From Ruminococcus sp. (GTDB lineage Bacteria; Bacillota; Clostridia; Oscillospirales; Ruminococcaceae), in NCBI GenBank assembly GCA_017534595.1, contig JAFXVY010000126.1:16020-80019 (forward strand): DNA of 64,000 bases. Direction: 5' to 3'. A program made the position numbers and the translations under genes. The notes beneath the pieces were generated by a model. That model was not told the DNA's origin. It worked only from the letters and a program-made list of their open reading frames with translations, and searched no databases. Positions 35,276 through 43,283 of this stretch are shown here, in pieces (the first letter of the stretch is position 1; each line of letters starts with the position of its first letter).

Positions 35276-36625
35276 ATGACTGAGCTTAGCATTGGTCAGG
35301 AAGTAGAAATCGAAAACGGAGGTAAAGCCAAGGTCACCGGCATTATCGGCAGCGGCGGTCAGGGCGTTGTCTATTCCGTAGAGTACAACAGCATGAGCTG
35401 GGCTCTCAAGTGGTACGACATCTCCAAGATGAAAGAGCCTGCGGCTTTCAAGAACAATATCAAGAAGAATATAGAGGACGGCGCTCCGAGCAATAAGTTC
35501 CTCTGGCCGAAATATCTTACCAAGAACCAGCCCGACGGCACCTTCGGTTATCTCATGGAGCTCAAGCCCGACAGCTTCGACTCCTTCGTGGATATCCTCA
35601 ATACCTATAAGCTCAAGGTCGATCCCCTCACGGGCAGAGCCGTAAAGCACCCCGTAAGGTTCACCGACCTCTCTGCAATGGTAACTGCAGCGATCAATAT
35701 ATCCAATGCGTTCAGACAGCTCCACCGTGCAGGAAAGAGCTATCAGGACCTTAACGACGGAGGTTTCTTCGTAAACGTCAACACCGGCGCGATACTCGTC
35801 TGCGACTGCGATAACATCGCTCCCGACGGCTCGAACTTCGGCATCGGCGGCAAGCCCGGATATATGGCTCCCGAGATCGTAAGAGGTCTCGCAAAGCCGG
35901 ACGTTCAGACCGATAAGTATTCTCTGGCGGTTGTGCTCTTCAAGCTGCTGTTCAGAGGCGACCCCATGGAGGGTGAGAAGGTCATCAAGGACGTCTGCCT
36001 CACCGAGGCCGCAGAGCTCAAGCATTACGGCTCTCAGGCAGTGTTCGTATATGACCCCGACAACGATACCAACCGCCCCGTAAGAGGCATTCACGATAAC
36101 GTCATCAAGTTCTGGAGACTCTATCCCGATTATATCAAGTATGCGTTCATTGACTCCTTCACCAAAGGACTTACCGATCCCAACCGCAGACTTATCGAGA
36201 ACGAGTGGCAGAAGATGTTCGTAAGGCTCAGGTATGAGATCATCACCTGCCCCTGCGGCAGACAGAACTTCACCTCGATGTTCGAGGCTGTCGATGACAA
36301 GACCTATAAGTGCCCCAAGTGCGGTACTACATTCGCAACACTCAAGTTCAGCAACAGAGAGCAGCGTATGCCGCTCTACATCGGCTCGAAGATCTATGAG
36401 TGTGAGCTCAAGCCCGAGACCGACGACTTCGCCGCCGTTGCAGGCGAGCTCGTCGAGAACAAGCTCAAGCCCGGAGTTCTGGGTATCAAGAACTGCTCGG
36501 ATGAGACATGGCGCGTAAGAATGCCCGACGGCGTTTATTACGACGTGGCTCCCGGAAAGGGCTGCCCGATCTGGCAGGGTCTCGAGATACAGTTTGAGGA
36601 CAGCAACGTCTCCGCTTGGATCTGA
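35276..36625 (+). CDS. atypical Ser/Thr protein-kinase-like protein with C-terminal zinc ribbon and FHA-like domain
   Basis: GSGGQGVVY glycine loop, WALKW lysine, YQDLNDGG in place of HRDLKPxN, DCD in place of DFG, GYMAPE. Then CPCG...CPKCG, then a beta-rich ~100-aa tail. An alternative TTG at 35267 overlaps the upstream stop. Confidence 0.75.
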   Translation: MTELSIGQEVEIENGGKAKVTGIIGSGGQGVVYSVEYNSMSWALKWYDISKMKEPAAFKNNIKKNIEDGAPSNKFLWPKYLTKNQPDGTFGYLMELKPDSFDSFVDILNTYKLKVDPLTGRAVKHPVRFTDLSAMVTAAINISNAFRQLHRAGKSYQDLNDGGFFVNVNTGAILVCDCDNIAPDGSNFGIGGKPGYMAPEIVRGLAKPDVQTDKYSLAVVLFKLLFRGDPMEGEKVIKDVCLTEAAELKHYGSQAVFVYDPDNDTNRPVRGIHDNVIKFWRLYPDYIKYAFIDSFTKGLTDPNRRLIENEWQKMFVRLRYEIITCPCGRQNFTSMFEAVDDKTYKCPKCGTTFATLKFSNREQRMPLYIGSKIYECELKPETDDFAAVAGELVENKLKPGVLGIKNCSDETWRVRMPDGVYYDVAPGKGCPIWQGLEIQFEDSNVSAWI

Positions 36626-36674
36626 GGCGTTCACAACGATATAATAACGATCTTACGAAAAAGGAGCAAATCAT

Positions 36675-37529
36675 ATGAGCAAGAAAAACAAGCCTGCGAA
36701 CAGCGCACCGAAGCCGCCTGTTCAGGAACAGCAGACAAAACTTCCGGAGCTGCCCGAGGACGATTTCGATATGCTGGATTTCGACGACGATCCGCTGAGC
36801 GCAACGGGCGTTTCCAGAAAGAGCCTCGTTATCTTCTTCCTCATCGACACCTCCGGTTCGATGAAGGGTACCAAGATGGGCGAGCTCAATACCGTAATGG
36901 AGGAGCTCATCCCCGAGATCAGGCGCGTAGGTGAGGCCGATACTGAGGTCAAGATCGCCGTGCTGACCTTCTCGACGGGCGTTAAGTGGATGTATGCAGA
37001 GCCTATCGCTATCGAGGAGTTCGAGTGGCAGAGGCTTACCGCTTCCGGCGTTACCAGCATGGGCGAGGCCTTTAAGGAGCTCTCGATGAGAATGTCGAGA
37101 AACAGCTTCCTCAATTCGCCTTCGCTTTCCTTCGCACCCGTTATCTTCCTGATGACCGACGGCTATCCCTCCGACGACTATAAGGAGGGTCTCGAGGCTC
37201 TGTCCTCCAACAGCTGGTATAAGTTCGGCCTCAAGGCTGCGCTGGGTATCGGAAACGAGGCCAACGACGATATGCTCGCCGAGTTCACCGGCTCGAAGGA
37301 TACCGTTGTTCACGCCTATTCGGGCAATCAGCTCGCACAGATGATCAAGATCGTTGCAGTTACCGCTTCTCAGATCGGAAGCAAGAGTATGACCCTTGCC
37401 GATCAGAACGAGCAGGAGCTCAGCGATGAGGATGTATATGCCTCCAAGCAGAAGATGCTCGGTCAGCAGATACAGGAGCTTGTCAGCAAGAACGAGTCGG
37501 ACGATGTATCGTTCGATTCCGGCTGGTAA
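36675..37529 (+). CDS. vWA-domain protein (TerY-like) with complete MIDAS
   Basis: FFLIDTSGSMKG (DxSxS), SGVTSMG (Thr), FLMTDGYPSD (Asp). RBS AAAGGAG. Confidence 0.85.
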   Translation: MSKKNKPANSAPKPPVQEQQTKLPELPEDDFDMLDFDDDPLSATGVSRKSLVIFFLIDTSGSMKGTKMGELNTVMEELIPEIRRVGEADTEVKIAVLTFSTGVKWMYAEPIAIEEFEWQRLTASGVTSMGEAFKELSMRMSRNSFLNSPSLSFAPVIFLMTDGYPSDDYKEGLEALSSNSWYKFGLKAALGIGNEANDDMLAEFTGSKDTVVHAYSGNQLAQMIKIVAVTASQIGSKSMTLADQNEQELSDEDVYASKQKMLGQQIQELVSKNESDDVSFDSGW

Positions 37530-37577
37530 AGAGACCGCTGCAAATTTAATTTGACCGAGAAGGAGCTGTGAGAGATA

Positions 37578-38477
37578 ATGTTCAACGGTTTCTGTCACTC
37601 TGTTATGGGTGCAAGCCATGAAAAAAGAGGCATAGTGTGTCAGGATGCCTCCGCATTTAAGGTCGGCGAGGGCTTCGCCGTGGCGGTCGTAGCCGACGGT
37701 CACGGAAGCAAAAAGCACTTCAGGAGCAATATAGGCTCAAAGTGTGCCGCCGAGGCTGCGGTGGAAACTATCGAGACATTCTTTGCCGATCCCGATGCGT
37801 TTGACGCAAGCTTCAAGGAGGACCATAAGTGGCTCATCAGGAAGCTTGAAAAATATGTGATCTATCTCTGGAACGAGAAAACTATGGCTCACCTCAAGGA
37901 GAACCCCGTCACCATCGACGAGAAGCATCTCTTTGAGCACAAGGATTTCATAGAGATCCCCGAGTCGTCCTATTACGGCACCACGCTTGTTGTGGCCGTA
38001 GCCGCAAGAGGCTATACCTTCGGCTTCCAGATAGGCGACGGAAGTCTCGTTGCCGTCTTTGAGGACGGCGAGACCTCTCAGATCATTGATTATGAGGAGT
38101 CAAATCCCGCTAACATCACCGCCTCGATGTGCAACGCCATGGCGATCGCTATGTTCGATTCGTTCTATGTAAAGGATAAGAGGCTGCTCTGCTTCTGCAT
38201 CTCTACCGACGGACTTTATACCTCCTTCGGCAGCGATTACGACTTCCTTGACTACCATACCATAATCGCGGGTCAGCTGCCCAATATCGAAGCGTTCCTG
38301 CCTTCGCTGAAAAACAATCTCGTAAAGCGTTCGCATTACGGCACAGAGGACGATATCTCACTCTCGTGCATCTACGATCCCGAGTTGGTCGTTTCGGCTA
38401 ATGAGACGGTCAAGGCCAAGATCCTCGATAACAAGCGAAAGGCTGCCGAGAGGAAGGCAAAGCTGCTCAACAAGTGA
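37578..38477 (+). CDS. PP2C-family protein phosphatase (PP2C_2 type)
   Basis: GASHEKRGIVCQDA, VVADGHGS, QIGDGS, STDGLY metal-binding Asp motifs. Confidence 0.8.
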   Translation: MFNGFCHSVMGASHEKRGIVCQDASAFKVGEGFAVAVVADGHGSKKHFRSNIGSKCAAEAAVETIETFFADPDAFDASFKEDHKWLIRKLEKYVIYLWNEKTMAHLKENPVTIDEKHLFEHKDFIEIPESSYYGTTLVVAVAARGYTFGFQIGDGSLVAVFEDGETSQIIDYEESNPANITASMCNAMAIAMFDSFYVKDKRLLCFCISTDGLYTSFGSDYDFLDYHTIIAGQLPNIEAFLPSLKNNLVKRSHYGTEDDISLSCIYDPELVVSANETVKAKILDNKRKAAERKAKLLNK

Positions 38478-38518
38478 GCGCATTACTGCAAATAAGAATG
38501 ATAAGGCAGGTGTTCTGA

Positions 38519-39247
38519 TTGAACCTCAGTGAACTGTACGAAAAAGCAAAGGAATTCTCAGATAAGATAAGGACTGAAAAGCCCGCATTTATCGACAGAT
38601 ATGCGGCTTTCATCGCAGGCGATAACGACGAGGTGTATCTCGGCGTTTCGGGTCTTGCTCTGAGAGACGGGAAGCTCGTCAATCAGCCGGCGGACGTCTC
38701 TGCGGCGCTCAATATGGCTAATGCAGGCTGCCGCGTAGCGACAGGTCTGGTGATAATCAGTCCCAAGAGCGGCTCGGTGCTCAAGCCTTCCGAGGAGGGT
38801 CTGGCGCTGCTGTTCAAGACCAATGCCAAGAACGACGGCTGCCTCGTTTACCTCTCCGAGACGGATAACCCCACTGTGCTGAAGCTCAGATTCGGCGATA
38901 ATGCCGCCTCGATGATGGACGGCTTCGATTTCGGCGGTGACGACAGCGCACCCGCGCCTTCCGCTTCCGCTGCTGCTCCGGCTGCAAAGCCCGCAGGGGA
39001 AAAGGAAGCCTCGAACGTTATCAGAGGCGTGGGCATCGACGAGAACAACCCCTTCTATGAGGCTCCGAGCGACGTCAAGCCGCCCGAGGAGATCATCGCT
39101 GCCGACAATGCAGCCGCCGCTGCTGCCGCTGCACAGAAAAAGCCCGCCCCCGAGGAGCCCGAGCTTACTCCCGAGGAGCTGCTCGAGCAGGCCAAGAGGC
39201 GCAAGAAGGTCGCAAGATCGAACTTCCTGTTCAGGAGAAAGAAATAA
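38519..39247 (+). CDS. unknown protein: globular N-domain, Ala/Pro-rich linker, strongly basic C-tail
   Basis: TTG start 6 nt after AGGCAGGTG. No motif recognised. C-terminus KRRKKVARSNFLFRRKK. Last gene before the operon terminator. Confidence 0.55.
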   Translation: MNLSELYEKAKEFSDKIRTEKPAFIDRYAAFIAGDNDEVYLGVSGLALRDGKLVNQPADVSAALNMANAGCRVATGLVIISPKSGSVLKPSEEGLALLFKTNAKNDGCLVYLSETDNPTVLKLRFGDNAASMMDGFDFGGDDSAPAPSASAAAPAAKPAGEKEASNVIRGVGIDENNPFYEAPSDVKPPEEIIAADNAAAAAAAAQKKPAPEEPELTPEELLEQAKRRKKVARSNFLFRRKK

Positions 39248-39258
39248 CGTATTAAATT

Positions 39259-39294
39259 ACCGCCGTGCTGTCAGACAGTGCGGCGGTGTTTTTA
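39259..39294 (+). terminator. terminator of the kinase/vWA/PP2C operon
   Basis: Stem ACCGCCG..CTG / CAG..CGGCGGT followed by GTTTTTA. Confidence 0.65.
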
Positions 39295-39299
39295 TGCCC

Positions 39300-39332
39300 G
39301 AAGCAAAAGCCCGGGAGCAGAAGCTCCCGGGC
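39300..39332 (-). terminator. terminator of the convergent zinc-ribbon membrane-protein gene
   Basis: Perfect 10-bp stem GCCCGGGAGC / GCTCCCGGGC, followed on the minus strand by TTTTGCTT. Confidence 0.65.
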
Positions 39333-39357
39333 TCGGTTCGTTATTCGGTTTTGAGGC

Positions 39358-41388
39358 TTATTCCTCAGACTCCGACTCGGTCTCCGACTCAGTTTCGGAT
39401 TCGGTCTCGGACTCTGTCTCAGACTCGGTCTCGGACTCGTCGGGAGTGCTCTCCTCGGGCTCCTCGGAGGACTCATCGGGCTGGCTCTCGTCGGTGGAAC
39501 CGTCAAGCTTTACCAGAGCCTTCTTGCCCTCTTCCTTCTCGATAACATTCTTGTAGATATCATTTACGTTGTCGTAAACTGACATCTGGATGTAGCTGCC
39601 GAAGTCAACGTTGCCCTCTGCGTCGATGAGGCAGTTGGAAAGCTTCATGCCGAGGTAGATGTCCTGATTCTTGGTAGCGGTCTCATCCTCAACAGTTACC
39701 TCAACGGTAACGGGGATCTTGTAGATGTAGTAGAGCACGGTCTTGTCGTAGTCGGTGCGTGTGCCGTCCTCGAAGCCGTCCTTGGTTACGCTGTAAGCGG
39801 TCTGGAAGGTCGCCTCGCCGAAGCTCTTGGACTTGCCGTTCTCAAATCTTACGTTGCCGATAGACGAGCGGTCAACATAATCGGTCTTGAACTTTTCAAC
39901 CTGCTCTTCGAGCCTCTTGGCTATCGCGTCGATATCCTCCTTGCTTACGGAAGAGGCGGTGATGTAGTGGCCGAAGCTGTCGTCAACGGTGTACTCCTTG
40001 ACATAGTTGCCGTCGGCATCGGGAGTGCCTGCGGGCTTGTAGCCTGCGGACTTGAAGCCGCTGTAAGGCTGGCAGATGACCTTGAAGGTATCGCCTGCCT
40101 TGAGGTAATCCTTTTCGGACTCGATCTTGAAGTATACGTTATCCTTGATAACGCTGTCGCAGTTATCGGTGTTCACGCCTCTGATCTGGAGATAAGGAGA
40201 AGCGCCGGCGGTCTTGAAGGTGATGTCGGCGAATACGTCGATATCCTGAGGCTCGGACAGACCGGAAACGGTAAAGGACTTCTTGGGAGCAGTCTCCTCA
40301 AGGATGTAGGTGGTACCCTTGTAGGTGAAGTAGAGACCCTTGTCGTAGTTGTTGGGATCAAGGTAAGCGTAGCTTTCAAGCTGGCTGGTGTAGAGCGAAG
40401 CGGTGATCTCGATAGTATCGCCGTTCTTTACGTCCCATGCGCTGCCGCTGGACATATAGTACTCAATGAAGTCGTACTTGGAGTTGTTCCTGCTGTACTC
40501 GATCTTGCCCTCGCCGTCCATACCGGTGAAGGAGATCTCAAAGCCGTCCCATACATCGAGCTTGGTGCCCTCTACAAGGCCCTCGACCTCGATCTCAAAC
40601 TCGGTGTTCTCGAGCTTGATGTTGACCTCGCTGAGCTCTTCCTCGTCGTACTCTACCTTAACGGAGATCTTGTCGCCGTTGGAGAGGCCTTCCTTCTTGT
40701 CGAGCTCTGCCTTGAGCTTGTACTCGCCCTTCTTCTTGGCGAGCAGAGCGTCTCTCATATCCTTGGCCTCGTCCTTATCGGAGGCCTTGTCGAATGCCTT
40801 GGTCAGATCCTTGGAGGCGTTTGAGAAATACTTGCTGTAAGACTTCTCGATGACCTCGCCGTTCTCGTCGCGCTCAACATCGTAGGGGTTGGGATCAGCC
40901 TCCTGAGCGTTGAGGTAAGCAACAGCGTTGCCGCTGCCGTTGAGACCGGTGAACTTGAATGCGAACAGATCCTTGGCGTCGATCTTCTGATACTTGGTAA
41001 GGTTCATTATAACGATGATCGCAGCAACGATCACTGCTATGCCCACAAATCCGAGGATGATCGGAACTTTGTGCTTACCGATGGCGGCGGCAATATTCTT
41101 GCCTGCCTGGGAAGCGGGGGTAGCGCCGGCATTGGGCTGGAAACCGTTTACGGCATCCTGCGCGGGAGCGGCGTAATTATTCACAGCGCCCTGGACCGGA
41201 GCGGAAGCGGTAACATCGCTCACTGCCTGATCAACAGCTGCTTCTGCCTGCGTAACAACGGGCTCGGGAGTCGGCTCGGGAACAGGTACGGAAGCCGCAG
41301 CAGCTACGGGAGCGCCGCATTTCCCGCAGAATTTCTCGTTTTCGCCGAGAGGGTTCCCGCAGGCACCACAAAACTTTGCTTGACTCAT
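39358..41388 (-). CDS. double-zinc-ribbon, single-TM protein with large beta-rich ectodomain and acidic (S/T)E-repeat tail
   Basis: FCGACGNPL..FCGKCGAP N-terminus, TM ILGFVGIAVIVAAIIVIM, ~480-aa extracellular part, C-terminal ESETESETESETESETESETESESEE. Confidence 0.75.
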   Translation of the reverse strand: MSQAKFCGACGNPLGENEKFCGKCGAPVAAAASVPVPEPTPEPVVTQAEAAVDQAVSDVTASAPVQGAVNNYAAPAQDAVNGFQPNAGATPASQAGKNIAAAIGKHKVPIILGFVGIAVIVAAIIVIMNLTKYQKIDAKDLFAFKFTGLNGSGNAVAYLNAQEADPNPYDVERDENGEVIEKSYSKYFSNASKDLTKAFDKASDKDEAKDMRDALLAKKKGEYKLKAELDKKEGLSNGDKISVKVEYDEEELSEVNIKLENTEFEIEVEGLVEGTKLDVWDGFEISFTGMDGEGKIEYSRNNSKYDFIEYYMSSGSAWDVKNGDTIEITASLYTSQLESYAYLDPNNYDKGLYFTYKGTTYILEETAPKKSFTVSGLSEPQDIDVFADITFKTAGASPYLQIRGVNTDNCDSVIKDNVYFKIESEKDYLKAGDTFKVICQPYSGFKSAGYKPAGTPDADGNYVKEYTVDDSFGHYITASSVSKEDIDAIAKRLEEQVEKFKTDYVDRSSIGNVRFENGKSKSFGEATFQTAYSVTKDGFEDGTRTDYDKTVLYYIYKIPVTVEVTVEDETATKNQDIYLGMKLSNCLIDAEGNVDFGSYIQMSVYDNVNDIYKNVIEKEEGKKALVKLDGSTDESQPDESSEEPEESTPDESETESETESETESETESETESESEE
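39361..39445 (-). repeat. in-frame hexanucleotide-like (S/T)E codon repeat
   Basis: tcggactc / tcggtctc units repeated about 10 times at the 3' end of the gene. Confidence 0.8.
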
Positions 41389-41454
41389 ATCATTTCCTCC
41401 ATAGTTAAAAAACTCGGATAAAAGAAAATACTTTTACCCCAATTATACATTCAT

Positions 41455-41483
41455 ATTATAATATGTAAACGGTTGTTTGTCAA
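41455..41483 (-). promoter_or_regulatory. consensus SigA-type promoter of the 39358-41388 gene
   Basis: On the minus strand: TTGACA, 17 nt, TATAAT. Confidence 0.6.
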
Positions 41484-41551
41484 TGATGTTATTTAACAAA
41501 AAAACACTGTAAAACACAACGTTTCACAGCGTTTTAGGCAACTTGCGGCCT

Positions 41552-41929
41552 TTACAGCAGAGAGTAGGGCAGGGGTATCTGATTTTCACGTATCAGCTCG
41601 GCAAGACGGCGTATCCCGCGGCATTCGGCGGCTGCGTCGGCGGGCTCGCTGAGGCAGAGAAAGCGCAGTCTGGCGATGCCGTAGGAGATATCCCCGAGTG
41701 GCCCCGCCTGCACCGCAAGGGACAGCCATTTCCGGCAGCCGTCCCAGTATTCTTCGAGGTCGTCCACTGCCTCCTGAGCACGTCCGGTGTCTCCCGCAAG
41801 ACAGGCTTCCTCCACCTTATCGACGAGAGCGGTAAGCCTGTCGGTGCTTTGGTCCGTGGCTATGAGCGAGCCGGTGCAGGCCGCACCTATCATAAACAGC
41901 AGCAGAGCGCAGATCACGGCGCGGTTCAT
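41552..41929 (-). CDS. DUF4363-like small secreted/membrane-anchored protein
   Basis: ATG at 41929 forms an ATGA overlap with the DUF421 stop and follows GGAGGG. N-terminal signal/TM AVICALLLFMIGAAC. The pairing with DUF421 is recalled as typical in Clostridia. Confidence 0.6.
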   Translation of the reverse strand: MNRAVICALLLFMIGAACTGSLIATDQSTDRLTALVDKVEEACLAGDTGRAQEAVDDLEEYWDGCRKWLSLAVQAGPLGDISYGIARLRFLCLSEPADAAAECRGIRRLAELIRENQIPLPYSLL

Positions 41930-42603
41930 CGGGTACCCTCCTTTTTGATAAGCGTGTAGATCCCGTCGGTGTCGGCGGTGAGGATCAGGACGTTCTCGGG
42001 GGACGTTCCGGCGCTGCGGGTGATCTTCTCGATCCATTTTCTGTCCCTGCCCACAGCGGCGAGATCCTCGTCGGAGATGCAGCCGTCGGAGATGATGAGC
42101 CGCGGCGGATCCTTGCAGGCGGTCTTTATCCCCGACTCCTCCTTTGTGGGCGGCTGGGCAGTCTGCTTCTGGAAGACCGAGATCTTGCCGGTGGTCTCGA
42201 CTATCGCCAGCTGCACCTCGGAGATATCGAACACCGAGCAGCTTCTCAGTGACTCCATAAGGTCATCCACCGTGAAGCGCAGACTCCGCAGCATTTTCTC
42301 GTCCACCTCGCCGTTTGAAATGATGATCTTCGGCTCGCCGGAGATCAGCTTGCGGATGCGCTTCGATCTCAGCGCCAGCTGCGAGCCCAGCACATCGAGG
42401 CTCACGAGGGTGAATATGGGTATTATCCCCATAAGCATGGGGATGGAAACATCCTCAAGGGGGAGGGTGGCGATATTTGAAACGAGTATCGTGACCACCA
42501 GCTCCGCCGGCTGGAGCTCCCCGAGCTGACGCTTCCCCATGAGCCTGAGCGCGGCGATTATGAGGATATAGAGTATCACGGCTCTGATAAAAACTATAAG
42601 CAA
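41926..42603 (-). CDS. DUF421/YetF-family membrane protein
   Basis: LMGKRQLGELQPAELVVTILVSNIA motif and a YetF-like C-domain. Likely TTG start at 42603, 7 nt after AGAGGTG. The annotated ATG at 42663 lies inside the rimM promoter. Confidence 0.7.
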   Translation of the reverse strand: MLIVFIRAVILYILIIAALRLMGKRQLGELQPAELVVTILVSNIATLPLEDVSIPMLMGIIPIFTLVSLDVLGSQLALRSKRIRKLISGEPKIIISNGEVDEKMLRSLRFTVDDLMESLRSCSVFDISEVQLAIVETTGKISVFQKQTAQPPTKEESGIKTACKDPPRLIISDGCISDEDLAAVGRDRKWIEKITRSAGTSPENVLILTADTDGIYTLIKKEGTR

Positions 42604-42657
42604 GACGCAGCACCTCTTTTGAGAAAGTATTGGCAGACCTGCGGGAAATATTCGCTC

Positions 42658-42686
42658 TTGCAAAACGCGGCGGGATATGGTACAAT
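42658..42686 (+). promoter_or_regulatory. SigA-type promoter of rimM-trmD
   Basis: TTGCAA, 17 nt, TGg-TACAAT. Confidence 0.5.
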
Positions 42687-42774
42687 GATATCAATGCACA
42701 ATGCACAATTGCCGTGACCGCGGGAATGCGTTTGTACGGAAGCCGTGTGCGGCGGAAAATAAAGGAGCAATACC

Positions 42775-43275
42775 ATGAAAAAATATCTCGAGATAGGCAA
42801 GATAGTCTCCGTGTTCGGGCTAAAGGGAGAGGTCAAGGTGCAGCCGTGGTGCGACAGCCCCGATTTCCTCTGCGAGTTCGATACACTATATTATAAAAGC
42901 GGCACCCCCGTCGAGGTCGAGCGCTCAAGGGTTCAGAAGAACATCGTAGTTATGAAGATCAAGGGCTGCGATACCGTCGAGGAAGCGCAGAAGCTCCGCA
43001 ACCGCGTGCTCTATATGGACAGGGAGGACGTCGAGCTCGAGGAGGGCGCATACTTCGTTCAGGATCTCATCGGGCTGACCGTCGTGGATGCGGAAAGCGG
43101 CGAGACCTACGGCGAGCTCACCGAGGTCAGCGAGACCGGTGCCAACGACGTATACCATATTAAAATGACCGACGGCAGGACCTGCTATATCCCCGCCATC
43201 CCCGATGTGGTCAGGGAGACTGATACAGAGGGCGGAATAATGAAGATCACGCCCCTTGACGGGCTGTTTGACTGA
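42775..43275 (+). CDS. rimM: 16S rRNA processing protein RimM
   Basis: LEIGKIVSVFGLKGEVKV N-terminus, PRC-barrel-like C-terminus, followed by trmD. Confidence 0.9.
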   Translation: MKKYLEIGKIVSVFGLKGEVKVQPWCDSPDFLCEFDTLYYKSGTPVEVERSRVQKNIVVMKIKGCDTVEEAQKLRNRVLYMDREDVELEEGAYFVQDLIGLTVVDAESGETYGELTEVSETGANDVYHIKMTDGRTCYIPAIPDVVRETDTEGGIMKITPLDGLFD

Positions 43276-43283
43276 GGTGGATC

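Noticed and set aside
35177-37718. 485-aa and 410-aa minus-strand ORFs opposite the kinase and vWA genes
   Set aside because: They are antisense to genes with intact kinase and MIDAS motifs and good RBSs, and show no motifs of their own.
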